Virus record (IMG/VR): IMGVR_UViG_3300009550_000009
Strand: one strand, 5' to 3'
Length of the DNA: 64,000 bases
From: a virus
The first letter of the stretch is position 1. Each line of letters starts with the position of its first letter. The notes below the pieces were generated by a model. That model did not search any database, was not told where the DNA came from, and worked only from the letters and a program-made list of their open reading frames with translations. This document shows, in pieces, positions 53,019 through 62,340 of the stretch. The position numbers and the translations under genes were made by a program.

Positions 53019-53803
53019 TTGGAATTGTTGGTAATGGTTTTGTTGGCAACGCTGTCTATCAAAATTTTAGAGACAAAACACAATGCAAGGTCTATGACAC
53101 AGACAAAAATAGATCTTTAAATACTTTGGGAGAGGTAATAAATGAGAATTTTATTTTCGTTTGTTTACCAACCCCAATGAGATATGGGGGTGAGTGTGAT
53201 TTATCAATCTTAAATAAATTTTTTGAGGATTTGCCAGATCATATTACTGGAACATTTGTTATCAAATCAACTGTTCCAATAGGAACAACTAAAAAGTTTT
53301 TTGAGAGACATAATGTAATTCATAATCCAGAATTTTTAACTGCTAGAAATGCAATAAAAGACTTTGCAAATTCTGAGAGAAATATTGTTGGTGGTGATAT
53401 GGAATTATGTGTTGATTTTGTTCGTATGTTTGAAGGATATTTTCCCCACATTCCAAGTATCATTACAACTTCTGATGAGAGTGAAGCAATTAAGTATTTT
53501 TCAAATACATTTCTTGCATACAAAGTAGCATACTTCAATAAAATATATGATTTATGCCAAAAGGTTGGTATGGATTATGATGTAGTGGTTGAAGGTGTGA
53601 CTGCAGATAGTCGCATTGGTAAATCACATACTAAAGTTCCCGGAATTGATAATGATCGTGGATTTGGTGGAACTTGTTTTCCTAAAGATTTGAACTCATT
53701 GATTGTTCAGATGGAATCTCATGATGTAAATGCTGACATGTTCAAAGAAATATGGAAGTATAATCAAGAGATTAGAAATGTAATTGACTGGCCAGTAACA
53801 TGA
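53015..53803 (+). CDS. Short UDP-glucose/GDP-mannose dehydrogenase-family enzyme
   Basis: GIVGNGFVG; CLPTP; KSTVPIG; NPEFL; GFGGTCFPKD catalytic Cys; lacks the usual C-terminal domain. Confidence 0.85.
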   Translation: MIGIVGNGFVGNAVYQNFRDKTQCKVYDTDKNRSLNTLGEVINENFIFVCLPTPMRYGGECDLSILNKFFEDLPDHITGTFVIKSTVPIGTTKKFFERHNVIHNPEFLTARNAIKDFANSERNIVGGDMELCVDFVRMFEGYFPHIPSIITTSDESEAIKYFSNTFLAYKVAYFNKIYDLCQKVGMDYDVVVEGVTADSRIGKSHTKVPGIDNDRGFGGTCFPKDLNSLIVQMESHDVNADMFKEIWKYNQEIRNVIDWPVT

Positions 53804-54525
53804 AAGTATTAGTAACAGGACACCGTGGATTTATCGGTAGATATGTATTTGCTGATTGGAGAAAGGAATTGGGTTATGAGGTGCATGGTATCGATTTTCC
53901 TGATGATATGAAAAATTTTAAAGGTGGTGATTATGGATTAGTCATACATCTTGCTGCGTATGCTGATCTACGAGAAAGTGTAGAACAACCAGAAAAGTAT
54001 TATGAAAATAATGTTGTAAAATCAAAACCACTTTTCAATTGGTGTCGAGAAACAAATACAAGATTATTATACGCATCAACTGGTGCTGCAAATGAAAACT
54101 ACTGGGATAATCCTTATGCTTTGAGTAAGTGGGTAAATGAGCAAATGGCTCCACCTAATTCTGTTGGTATGAGATTTTCTACAGTGTATGGGCCTGATGT
54201 CAGACCAAACATGATGTATGGTTTGCTACGAGATAAAAAGGCAACCTATGTGACTAATCACAAAAGAGATTGGATTCATGTTAAGGATGTGTGTAGTGCA
54301 ATAAGATATCTTGCTCCTAGTTCAATAACAGGCCCAGTTCAAATAGGATATGGAGAATCTGTTCCAGTTAAAAAACTTGCAGAAAAATTTGGACAAGGTG
54401 ATTTACCTGTTAAAGATTACACTCCCGGTGAAGTGGATGATAATGTTGCTGATATATCTGTGATGGCAAGTATTGGATGGATGCCAACAATTAGTGTATT
54501 GGAGTCAGTAGATGCCGACCTATAA
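53800..54525 (+). CDS. NAD-dependent nucleotide-sugar epimerase/dehydratase
   Basis: VTGHRGFIG; HLAA; YALSK; VYGP; RDWIHVKD. Confidence 0.9.
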   Translation: MKVLVTGHRGFIGRYVFADWRKELGYEVHGIDFPDDMKNFKGGDYGLVIHLAAYADLRESVEQPEKYYENNVVKSKPLFNWCRETNTRLLYASTGAANENYWDNPYALSKWVNEQMAPPNSVGMRFSTVYGPDVRPNMMYGLLRDKKATYVTNHKRDWIHVKDVCSAIRYLAPSSITGPVQIGYGESVPVKKLAEKFGQGDLPVKDYTPGEVDDNVADISVMASIGWMPTISVLESVDADL

Positions 54526-55159
54526 ACAATTAAGACCTGAATTTCCTAGTCCTGCAAAAAGATTATTTCATATCCACATACCTAGAACTGCAGGTAGATT
54601 TTTGATGAATAATATTTTATCAAATGGATTTGATCTTGAAGGAACAATTTTACCAACAGAAAATGGAATGGAACCACAACATTTTCATGCAGAATTATAT
54701 GAGAGATATTATGATATTGCAAATATTCCACATATTGCAATTGTTCGTAATCCTATAGATCGATTTATATCATGTTCAATATTTTTAAAAAAAATGTATG
54801 GTGACATACAAGATGCAATGGAAGATCCAATGATGTTTTCGTCTTTAATTGAAAACTATCCATTTGAAGGTATTAATTGGTTTAGACCACAGATGGATTT
54901 TATTACTGATGAAACTAATCTTTGGAAATTTGAAGATGGATTTGGTAGTGACTTTGATGAGTGGATGACAGATTTGATTGGTGCACCATATGTTACTAAA
55001 GATGTGCCATACCAAAAACTGGTAATAAATGAGGATGACAAATTAATAAAGACTGATAGAATTATAGATAATATCAAGTCGTTATATAGGAAGGACATTG
55101 AGCAACTCTATCCCGAATTGGCAACACCACTCCAAAAAACAACAGAAACGCAGACTTAA
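54512..55159 (+). CDS. Carbohydrate sulfotransferase (Sulfotransfer_2-like)
   Basis: FHIHIPRTAG 5'-PSB loop; IVRNPIDRFIS 3'-PB motif; FRPQ; KFED; LY..D. Confidence 0.75.
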   Translation: MPTYKQLRPEFPSPAKRLFHIHIPRTAGRFLMNNILSNGFDLEGTILPTENGMEPQHFHAELYERYYDIANIPHIAIVRNPIDRFISCSIFLKKMYGDIQDAMEDPMMFSSLIENYPFEGINWFRPQMDFITDETNLWKFEDGFGSDFDEWMTDLIGAPYVTKDVPYQKLVINEDDKLIKTDRIIDNIKSLYRKDIEQLYPELATPLQKTTETQT

Positions 55160-55343
55160 ACCACAAGCTCTGCGACAAGCAAGAGCACGAAGAAACCACT
55201 TAATAAAGTGTCTACTTAAGACCTCTGGCAAGCGTCAGGGGTTTTATAATGGCCATATACACACACAGGAAACAGATGGCAGTTCAATACGAAATCAAAT
55301 CACAACTTGCAAAACTACTTGCAACAGAAGATCTTATTGTTGA
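55098..55343 (+). CDS. Basic small cyanophage protein (IPNWQHHSKK..LKPQALRQAR), overlapping both neighbours
   Basis: TTG start after AGGAAGGA; N-terminal motif I recall from cyanomyoviruses; C-terminal extent uncertain. Confidence 0.5.
   Translation: MSNSIPNWQHHSKKQQKRRLKPQALRQARARRNHLIKCLLKTSGKRQGFYNGHIHTQETDGSSIRNQITTCKTTCNRRSYC
55195..55250 (+). promoter_or_regulatory. Palindrome-plus--10 promoter for the vWA peptidase gene, with internal hairpin
   Basis: ACCACTTAATAAAGTGTC, 32 nt, TATAAT; hairpin AAGACCTCTGGC-AAGC-GTCAGGGGTTTT at 55218-55245. Confidence 0.6.
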
Positions 55344-57474
55344 GCATAAGCATGTAGAGACAGCGCAGTTCAATGTCCAGACTCGCGTATTGATTCTGCC
55401 TCTTTGGGAGAAAGCAAGTAATTCTGTATATGATATGTTGGTAGCGCATGAAGTTGGGCATGCGTTATTTACACCTAATGAAGATTATAGAGACAAAGTA
55501 AAAATACCTTTTGATTTCATAAATGTTTGCGAAGATGCTCGTATAGAGAAGTTGATGAAGCGTAAGTATCAGGGTCTTCCAAAAACATTTTATTATGGAT
55601 ATAGTGATCTTCATGATGATGATTTCTTTAATGTAGTAGATGTTGATTTTGAAAAATTTAATCTTGCTGATAAAGCAAATCTTCATTTCAAGATTGGTAA
55701 TTTTATTGATATAACATTTACATCAAAAGAGAAGGAGATTATTGACGAGATTGCTAACACAGAAACTTTTGATGAAGTTCTTGTAGTATCAGAGAAGTTA
55801 TATAATTACTGCAAGGAGAATATGGAGGAGCAGAAGAAGCAAGTTCAAGATCTTGATCTTCATATGACTCCACAAACAGGACAACCAGAATCTCCAGAGT
55901 CATCTGATAGTAATGATGATGGTGAGTTAGAAGAAGTTGATCAGCAAGTCACTCAATCAGAAACTAAACCACAAAATGATTTTGGTTCAGATGAAGGTGG
56001 TGATATGGTTACACCAGAGGATGAGCAATCTGATTCTCCTTATGATCCTGATTCTTCAGAACCACAAGTTGCAACTGCAGAAGAGTTGGAGAAGAGTTTA
56101 AAAGATTTAATTGCAAGTCATGATGGTAGAGAGAATATCTATGTTGAATTACCTGATGTTAAACTTGACAAAATTATTGAATCTAATAGTGATGTTCATG
56201 ATGTTATCGAAAAACATTTTGCATGGGAGTGGAGTAGAATTAAAGCAGATAGAGAGAAGAATGGATATTCATGTGTTGCAAATCCATTTGAAGAAATTGA
56301 TTCTGAATTTAATAATTTTAAAAAGAATGCAAGAAAGGAAGTTAATTATCTTGTTAAAGAGTTTGAGTGTAAGAAAGCTGCATCTGCATATGCTCGTGCT
56401 GCAGTAGCTCGCACTGGTGTATTGAATACATCAAAACTTCATACTTATAAGTTCAATGAAGATCTTTTCAAAAAAGTTACCATATTACCTGATGGTAAAA
56501 ATCATGGATTAGTATTCATTCTTGATTGGTCAGGATCAATGCAATATATCTTACAGGATACTTTAAAGCAACTTTATAATTTAATTTGGTTCTGCAGAAA
56601 AGTAAATATTCCCTTTGATGTATATGCTTTTTCAAATGAATTCAAACGTGATGAGGGTTGGGGTTATTCTCATAATTATGATACTGTTGCCTATGAGAAG
56701 AGAGAGAACATAATGGCAATTGATAGTTGTTTTTCTCTTATGCATTTTTTCTCAAGTGATATCAAAGGAAAAGATCTTGAACAACAAATGCTTAACATAT
56801 GGAGAGTTGCATCTTTATTCAGAGTATGGGGTCATGTAACTTATCCACGTAGACTTGCATTATCAGGAACGCCATTGAACGAATCATTAATCACTCTACG
56901 TCAAATTCTTCCAGAGTTCCAAAAGAAACATAACCTTGAAAAAGTTCAGTGTATTGTTCTTACTGATGGTGAAGCTGGGCATCTCTCATATCATGTGGAG
57001 GTTAAACGTTCTTGGGAAGATGAACCATACATGGGAACACGCGGTATCGTTCCCGAAGCGACATTTATACGTGACCGTAAACTTGGTTGTAATTATAAAA
57101 TTGGTTATAGATATACAGATTTTACAGATACTATTCTTCAAAATCTTCAAGATCTATTTCCAACAGTAAACTTTATCGGTATTCGAGTTATCGTTCCTAG
57201 AGCTGCATTATCTTTTGCAAGACATTTTACAACTGATGAAACAAAGTTAAATGTGATTGAGAAAGATTGGAAAAAAACAAAAAGTTTCAATATTGTTGAC
57301 TCTGCTTATGATGCATATTTTGTAATGTCATCAGTAAATCTTAATGACAATTCAGATTTTCAAGTAAAGGAAGATGCTACCAAGTCGCAGATTAAATCAG
57401 CATTCGTTAGATCACTCAAGACAAAAAAACTAAATAAAAAAGTATTGGGCGAATTTATTTCTTTAGTGGTATGA
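55276..57474 (+). CDS. CobT-like metallopeptidase-vWA protein
   Basis: HEVGH and EDARIE zincin motifs; acidic linker; ILDWSGSM, SGTP and LTDGE MIDAS motifs; start moved to MAVQYEIK downstream of the -10 box. Confidence 0.85.
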   Translation: MAVQYEIKSQLAKLLATEDLIVEHKHVETAQFNVQTRVLILPLWEKASNSVYDMLVAHEVGHALFTPNEDYRDKVKIPFDFINVCEDARIEKLMKRKYQGLPKTFYYGYSDLHDDDFFNVVDVDFEKFNLADKANLHFKIGNFIDITFTSKEKEIIDEIANTETFDEVLVVSEKLYNYCKENMEEQKKQVQDLDLHMTPQTGQPESPESSDSNDDGELEEVDQQVTQSETKPQNDFGSDEGGDMVTPEDEQSDSPYDPDSSEPQVATAEELEKSLKDLIASHDGRENIYVELPDVKLDKIIESNSDVHDVIEKHFAWEWSRIKADREKNGYSCVANPFEEIDSEFNNFKKNARKEVNYLVKEFECKKAASAYARAAVARTGVLNTSKLHTYKFNEDLFKKVTILPDGKNHGLVFILDWSGSMQYILQDTLKQLYNLIWFCRKVNIPFDVYAFSNEFKRDEGWGYSHNYDTVAYEKRENIMAIDSCFSLMHFFSSDIKGKDLEQQMLNIWRVASLFRVWGHVTYPRRLALSGTPLNESLITLRQILPEFQKKHNLEKVQCIVLTDGEAGHLSYHVEVKRSWEDEPYMGTRGIVPEATFIRDRKLGCNYKIGYRYTDFTDTILQNLQDLFPTVNFIGIRVIVPRAALSFARHFTTDETKLNVIEKDWKKTKSFNIVDSAYDAYFVMSSVNLNDNSDFQVKEDATKSQIKSAFVRSLKTKKLNKKVLGEFISLVV

Positions 57475-57956
57475 TCACATTCAAAGAATTCATGCAAGAG
57501 AGCAGTCTCTCTCGTATAAAAAGTAAATCAGATAAGAGTGGTATAGCAACTCTTTCGGGTGATCGTGGTGACAAATCAAGGAAAGAAAATCAAGCAAGAT
57601 CAAAACAATTGCAAAAAGATATTCGTGGTAAGTTTGGTAGAGGGCCAACTAAATTAAAGGGATCATATTTAGAAAATCCCGGTTCAAAAGATGAGAGAAA
57701 AGTAAAAGAGAAAAGTTATGCAATAGATCGTGGTAAGATGGGTAAAAGAAAATTCAAGAAAGAAGTTAAGAAGTTGGGTAAGAAGTATGGGCAGGATTCC
57801 GTATTAACACAAACTAAAAAAACTGCTACACTACATAGAACAAGAAAAGGTGGATTAGATAAAAAAGGAGAAAATGTCGGTAGGTTTAAACCACAAGGTA
57901 AAAACCCATACGGTCAATCACAAGTTAAAGGTAAAACTTTCGCATATGGAGATTAA
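57471..57956 (+). CDS. Basic hypothetical protein with capsid-targeting-like N-terminus (MITFKEFMQE)
   Basis: ESSLSR; G.Y.E; E.SY; LGKKYGQDSVL motif. Confidence 0.75.
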   Translation: MITFKEFMQESSLSRIKSKSDKSGIATLSGDRGDKSRKENQARSKQLQKDIRGKFGRGPTKLKGSYLENPGSKDERKVKEKSYAIDRGKMGKRKFKKEVKKLGKKYGQDSVLTQTKKTATLHRTRKGGLDKKGENVGRFKPQGKNPYGQSQVKGKTFAYGD

Positions 57957-58193
57957 ATGACAAAACCTTATGATGACTCCAACTGGAGAGAAGAATACAA
58001 ACAGTATACAAGTGATAAACATTATCTTGAATTACTGGAAAATGGGCCTAAAAGTTTATCTCAGTCGTGGATACTAGGTGCATTATATAATAAATGGAAA
58101 AAGATAAAGGGGTATCATAAGTATGATCCTAAAGAGAATACAGGGCAGTGTCAATCCTCTTTTGCAGAGTGGGAATCAAAGATAAATAACTGA
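57957..58193 (+). CDS. Conserved hypothetical cyanophage protein
   Basis: YDDSNWREEY; LLENGPKSLSQSW. Confidence 0.75.
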   Translation: MTKPYDDSNWREEYKQYTSDKHYLELLENGPKSLSQSWILGALYNKWKKIKGYHKYDPKENTGQCQSSFAEWESKINN

Positions 58194-58200
58194 CACTAAA

Positions 58201-58255
58201 GACAATAAATAAACTGTCCCTTTTAGTGGTATATGCGATCATAGTTTGATATAGT
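58201..58255 (+). promoter_or_regulatory. Palindrome-plus--10 promoter for cobS
   Basis: GACAATAAATAAACTGTC, 31 nt, TGA-TATAGT. Confidence 0.6.
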
Positions 58256-58281
58256 AAAGGTATACAAACACAAATCGCATC

Positions 58282-59412
58282 ATGACAAAAAAATTATTCA
58301 AACCCTTTGAAGTCAAAATGACTCGTGAAGAAATTATTGAGGGTCTTAGATCCAACTATGGCACAGAATTTACTGCTGCTGATGTAAAAGGTTTTTGTGC
58401 GATGAATGATATTGCATATTCGACTATTACCAAAAAGATTGATGAGTTTAAAGTTGGTCGTGGAAAGTGGAATTTTGAAGTTACTAAAAAATCAGTAGAA
58501 AAGATAGAGCGTTCATTTAGTGCTCCAAGCGTTACACCTTTTGTGGAAGAAAATCTAGTTCCTACAATAAATGACACATTCGTAAAGTTTGGTAGTTTTA
58601 CTGATCTTAGAAGTATTATTAAGTCAAAATTATTCTATCCTACATTTATCACAGGTTTGTCTGGTAACGGAAAAACTTTTAGTGTTGAGCAAGCATGTGC
58701 ACAACTCAACAGAGAACTTGTTCGTGTAAACATTACAATCGAAACAGATGAAGATGATCTTATTGGCGGTTTCCGTCTTGTTAATGGTGAAACCGTATGG
58801 CACAATGGCCCAGTCATCGAAGCACTTGAGCGAGGTGCAATCTTGCTCCTTGACGAAATCGACCTTGCATCCAACAAGATCCTCTGCCTTCAGAGCATCC
58901 TTGAAGGAACTGGAGTCTTTCTTAAAAAGATTGGGAGATTTGTCAGACCATCCGCAGGATTCAACGTCATTGCCACCGCAAATACTAAAGGTAAGGGTTC
59001 AGACGACGGAAGATTTATTGGAACTAACGTGCTCAATGAGGCCTTCCTTGAAAGATTCCCAGTAACGTTCGAGCAAGAATATCCTGCACCAAAGACAGAG
59101 CAAAAGATTCTTGCTAATGCATCTGCAGAAATTGGTATCAAAGATGCTGATTTTTGTAAGAGACTTGTTGATTGGGCAGACATCATTCGTAAGACATTCT
59201 ACGATGGTGGTGTAGAGGAGATCATTTCTACTCGTCGTTTAGTTCATATCATTCGTGCATATGGAATCTTCAAGAACAAAGCAAAAGCAATCGAAGTATG
59301 TGTCAATCGTTTTGATGATGAGACTAAGCAATCATTCATGGAGTTATATGACAAAGTGGATGCAGATGTAGATTTTAATCAAGAGAACAATGGATCTGTG
59401 GAACAAGTATAA
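58282..59412 (+). CDS. cobS: CobS/MoxR-type AAA+ ATPase
   Basis: GLSGNGKT; DEDDLIGG; LLLDEID; ATANT; AFLERF; ISTRRL. Confidence 0.92.
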   Translation: MTKKLFKPFEVKMTREEIIEGLRSNYGTEFTAADVKGFCAMNDIAYSTITKKIDEFKVGRGKWNFEVTKKSVEKIERSFSAPSVTPFVEENLVPTINDTFVKFGSFTDLRSIIKSKLFYPTFITGLSGNGKTFSVEQACAQLNRELVRVNITIETDEDDLIGGFRLVNGETVWHNGPVIEALERGAILLLDEIDLASNKILCLQSILEGTGVFLKKIGRFVRPSAGFNVIATANTKGKGSDDGRFIGTNVLNEAFLERFPVTFEQEYPAPKTEQKILANASAEIGIKDADFCKRLVDWADIIRKTFYDGGVEEIISTRRLVHIIRAYGIFKNKAKAIEVCVNRFDDETKQSFMELYDKVDADVDFNQENNGSVEQV

Positions 59413-60007
59413 GTCTGTTCTCCATGAAACAATCTCATTAGATTATGATGAGACATGGGGAGCATGGGAATCAAAAGGTATGAGTCTTTTTGCGAAGACT
59501 TATACCAATCCTTTTTTAATTAAATCAAGAGAGGTAGATATTTGGAGTGATAAATGTTCCATTTATAACAACATCCTTTACCCAAAAACAGGTAGTAATC
59601 TTCCATGTTTTGGTATGGATTTGATGGGATTCAATGAAAAGAAAGTTATCATAGTATTTGACTTTCAACATCCAGTTGAAAACTATCGTTACTCTGTTGA
59701 TGGATTACCAAAAGGAAAAAATGATTATAGATTTTTTGAAGTTGGAAATCATTTTTCAGATAACATTTATGTTGCCAAATGTGAAATGAATCAAGTAAAT
59801 GAACATCTTGAAATGTTTGAAAATTACTTGACTAAATTTAAAAACATGTTAGAATTAGAAAAACCAGCTGGTGATGATACTAGCTTGTATAAAGACTTCG
59901 ATGCATATATGACTAAACTTGATCCAGTATCAGGTTTCCTGACTGGTAAATTTGGTAAAGATGCATCAGAGAGTCTCGTAAACGATTTTCTTTTTGCATA
60001 TGGTTAA
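59390..60007 (+). CDS. pebS: Phycoerythrobilin synthase (ferredoxin-dependent bilin reductase)
   Basis: IYNNILYPKTG.NLPCFGMDLM..KKVIIVFDFQHP; YRFFE.GNHFS; DFD.YMT.LDPV, matching P-SSM2 PebS as recalled, including both catalytic Asp residues. Confidence 0.92.
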   Translation: MDLWNKYKSVLHETISLDYDETWGAWESKGMSLFAKTYTNPFLIKSREVDIWSDKCSIYNNILYPKTGSNLPCFGMDLMGFNEKKVIIVFDFQHPVENYRYSVDGLPKGKNDYRFFEVGNHFSDNIYVAKCEMNQVNEHLEMFENYLTKFKNMLELEKPAGDDTSLYKDFDAYMTKLDPVSGFLTGKFGKDASESLVNDFLFAYG

Positions 60008-60527
60008 TGCGTGGAGTTTAGCATGGGAGGTATTAAACGGATCTATGGATGAAACTTATCCAGTTAAAAATAATACCCCAGAAGATGATGGTCTTGATTA
60101 TGAAGTTAATTATTATGGTGACTACATGGCAGATGTAGATGACCAGAGAGCACATCATTTTTCAACACAATCAGTAGAGGAACAAATGGATTACGAACCA
60201 CAAAGAAATAATCAATACAAGTATCATGAGGAAGAAATTCTAAAAGATATTGAAGATTATGTTTCAATGACGTATAATGGGCATTATACAGGGACAAAAC
60301 ATGAGTTCCGTAAAGTTCAAACAATTGACCTGATGGCAGCAAGGGATATTGCATCAGGATTTTGTCAAGCTAACATATTGAAATATGGTAGTAGATATGG
60401 AAGTAAAAATGGGAGAAATAAAACAGACTTGCTAAAAGTCATTCATTATGCTATGCTACTATTACACTTTGATGGACATTATGGCGAACCATCAATGCCT
60501 ACTGATGAATTTGAACAAATGCCATAA
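60000..60527 (+). CDS. DUF3310-like conserved T4-type protein
   Basis: HY..QTID..FCQANILKY.SRYG.K.G..DLLK.IHY. Confidence 0.75.
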   Translation: MVNAWSLAWEVLNGSMDETYPVKNNTPEDDGLDYEVNYYGDYMADVDDQRAHHFSTQSVEEQMDYEPQRNNQYKYHEEEILKDIEDYVSMTYNGHYTGTKHEFRKVQTIDLMAARDIASGFCQANILKYGSRYGSKNGRNKTDLLKVIHYAMLLLHFDGHYGEPSMPTDEFEQMP

Positions 60528-61213
60528 TGAAACTTAGACCTCTTACTATGAAAATCTCTGATAAAACTTTAACTCTTTTAAAAAACTTTTCTAACATCAA
60601 TCAATCAATCCTTTTTAAACAGGGTAGATCTTTAAAAACTATATCTGTCATGAAAAACATATTGGCAGAAGCAGAGATTGGTGAAGACTTACCAAAAGAT
60701 TTTGGTATCTATGATCTTAATCAGTTTCTTAATGGTCTTACATTGCATCGAACACCAGAACTTGATTTTGCAAATGAGGGATTCTTGGTAATTAAAGAAG
60801 GTCGTATGAGATCAAAATATTTCTTTGCAGATCCAAAAGTTATTGTTACACCTCCCGACAAAGAAATTACTTTACCAAGTGAAGATGTAGCATTTACAGT
60901 GAGCACAGAACAGTTGGATAAGTTACTTAAGGCTGCAGCGATATATCAATTACCTGATCTATCTGCTGTTGGTGAAAATGGTGTTGTTAAACTTCTTGTT
61001 CGTGATAAGAAGAATGATACATCTAATGATTTCTCAATTGTTGTAGGTGAAACTGATTCAACATTTTCTCTTAACTTTAAGGTTGAAAATATTAAGATTC
61101 TTCCCGGAACTTATGATGTTGTTATGTCAAAGAAACTTCTATCAAGATTTATAAGTAAAGATTATAATTTAAAGTATTACATTGCATTAGAACCAGACTC
61201 AACATTTGAATAA
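60527..61213 (+). CDS. gp45: DNA polymerase sliding clamp gp45
   Basis: LKNFSNINQSI; FGIYDLNQFL; YYIALE. Confidence 0.96.
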   Translation: MKLRPLTMKISDKTLTLLKNFSNINQSILFKQGRSLKTISVMKNILAEAEIGEDLPKDFGIYDLNQFLNGLTLHRTPELDFANEGFLVIKEGRMRSKYFFADPKVIVTPPDKEITLPSEDVAFTVSTEQLDKLLKAAAIYQLPDLSAVGENGVVKLLVRDKKNDTSNDFSIVVGETDSTFSLNFKVENIKILPGTYDVVMSKKLLSRFISKDYNLKYYIALEPDSTFE

Positions 61214-61470
61214 TGAAACTAACTCAAGAGATGATTGATGAGATTCAAAAACTCATGAATCACACAAAAAAAGATGGAAGTATGAACTGGGTTGATGGTG
61301 ACGATATTGAAATAAATTTAGCAGGAACATTTGCTGCTGATAGATTCATTGTCATAAAGAATGCATCCAAGAAACCTTGGAAAAAGGCAGAACCTCATCC
61401 TTACTTTGACTATGAGAAAAAAACCTTTATAAAAAGTAAAGGTATTCCCGCACCAGAAGATATAGGGTGA
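61213..61470 (+). CDS. Hypothetical protein
   Basis: Coupled ORF (TAATG). Confidence 0.7.
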   Translation: MKLTQEMIDEIQKLMNHTKKDGSMNWVDGDDIEINLAGTFAADRFIVIKNASKKPWKKAEPHPYFDYEKKTFIKSKGIPAPEDIG

Positions 61471-61494
61471 GATTTAAAAAAAGCACTGGTCAAA

Positions 61495-61707
61495 ATGAAA
61501 AAACGTGCTAACATATGGAATATATGGAAGTATGCCCTTGGTTCCTTCCAAGATGAGACGACTAAAAAGTATGATAATACGATTTGTATTATACGCACTT
61601 TTATTTTCTTACAATTAGTTGTCACCAATTGTTTTATCGTTGCCGGTAACATTCGACACTGGAACGATCATTATACACCACCACATTATGAACGTATTCG
61701 TGACTGA
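61495..61707 (+). CDS. Small membrane hypothetical protein
   Basis: WKYALGSF.DE.T..YDN..IRT..TN.FIVAGN.RHW pattern. Confidence 0.7.
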   Translation: MKKRANIWNIWKYALGSFQDETTKKYDNTICIIRTFIFLQLVVTNCFIVAGNIRHWNDHYTPPHYERIRD

Positions 61708-62224
61708 TCCCTGCCCTTACAAATCGGCAGAAGTATTACCAGACAAACACATAGTTAAGATGCCACTTGAGACTTGCCAGATGTTGGCAGTAGTCTATTC
61801 CAAGTGGTATTTTAATTGGGGAGATGAATTATTATCCAAGAAGGATGGAACACCCTACAACACCAAGAAAGGGGCATTCAGGGGGCATCCGTGCACCGTA
61901 TGGGCAGCAAAAGACATTAAGAACACTGCATGGTTAATTGCACATGGAACTGCCTTATGTTATGAATATTACAAGAGATATGAAAAAATACATTCATGCT
62001 CTAAAACAATGAATGAAGCGAGACATGTTTTTCTTAAATACTCTGGAGAGAAAGATTTTTCTATCTGCAGAAAAGTAAATACATTTGCCTTTGCAGGGCC
62101 TGATGAATTTAAATATGATAAAAGTATTGATATATTTACTGCATACAAAAGATATATTTCAAGTAAACCTTGGGCAGCATCTAATTACTTACGTAATCCA
62201 TCTCGAAAACCTGATTGGTTATGA
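61688..62224 (+). CDS. Pyrimidine-dimer DNA glycosylase / endonuclease V-like protein
   Basis: MNVFVTD..DKHIVKMPLE.CQML; HPCTVW; EY..RY.K.H; start moved to ATG 61688. Confidence 0.75.
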   Translation: MNVFVTDPCPYKSAEVLPDKHIVKMPLETCQMLAVVYSKWYFNWGDELLSKKDGTPYNTKKGAFRGHPCTVWAAKDIKNTAWLIAHGTALCYEYYKRYEKIHSCSKTMNEARHVFLKYSGEKDFSICRKVNTFAFAGPDEFKYDKSIDIFTAYKRYISSKPWAASNYLRNPSRKPDWL

Positions 62225-62340
62225 GTGATCACAAACCCAACAATGATGACAAAATACCTAGATGGTTTTATAATACAGTTATTAGTATGGGTATTATGGT
62301 CTTTATTGCTTTTGGTTTAATTTTATTTGGTATGATATGA
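62221..62340 (+). CDS. 39-aa single-TM peptide (MSDHKPNNDDKIPRWFYNTVISMGIMVFIAFGLILFGMI)
   Basis: ATGA overlaps at both ends. Confidence 0.6.
   Translation: MSDHKPNNDDKIPRWFYNTVISMGIMVFIAFGLILFGMI

Noticed and set aside
58282-59412. Cobalamin biosynthesis role for cobS
   Set aside because: No cobN or other cob genes; a MoxR-vWA chaperone interpretation fits better
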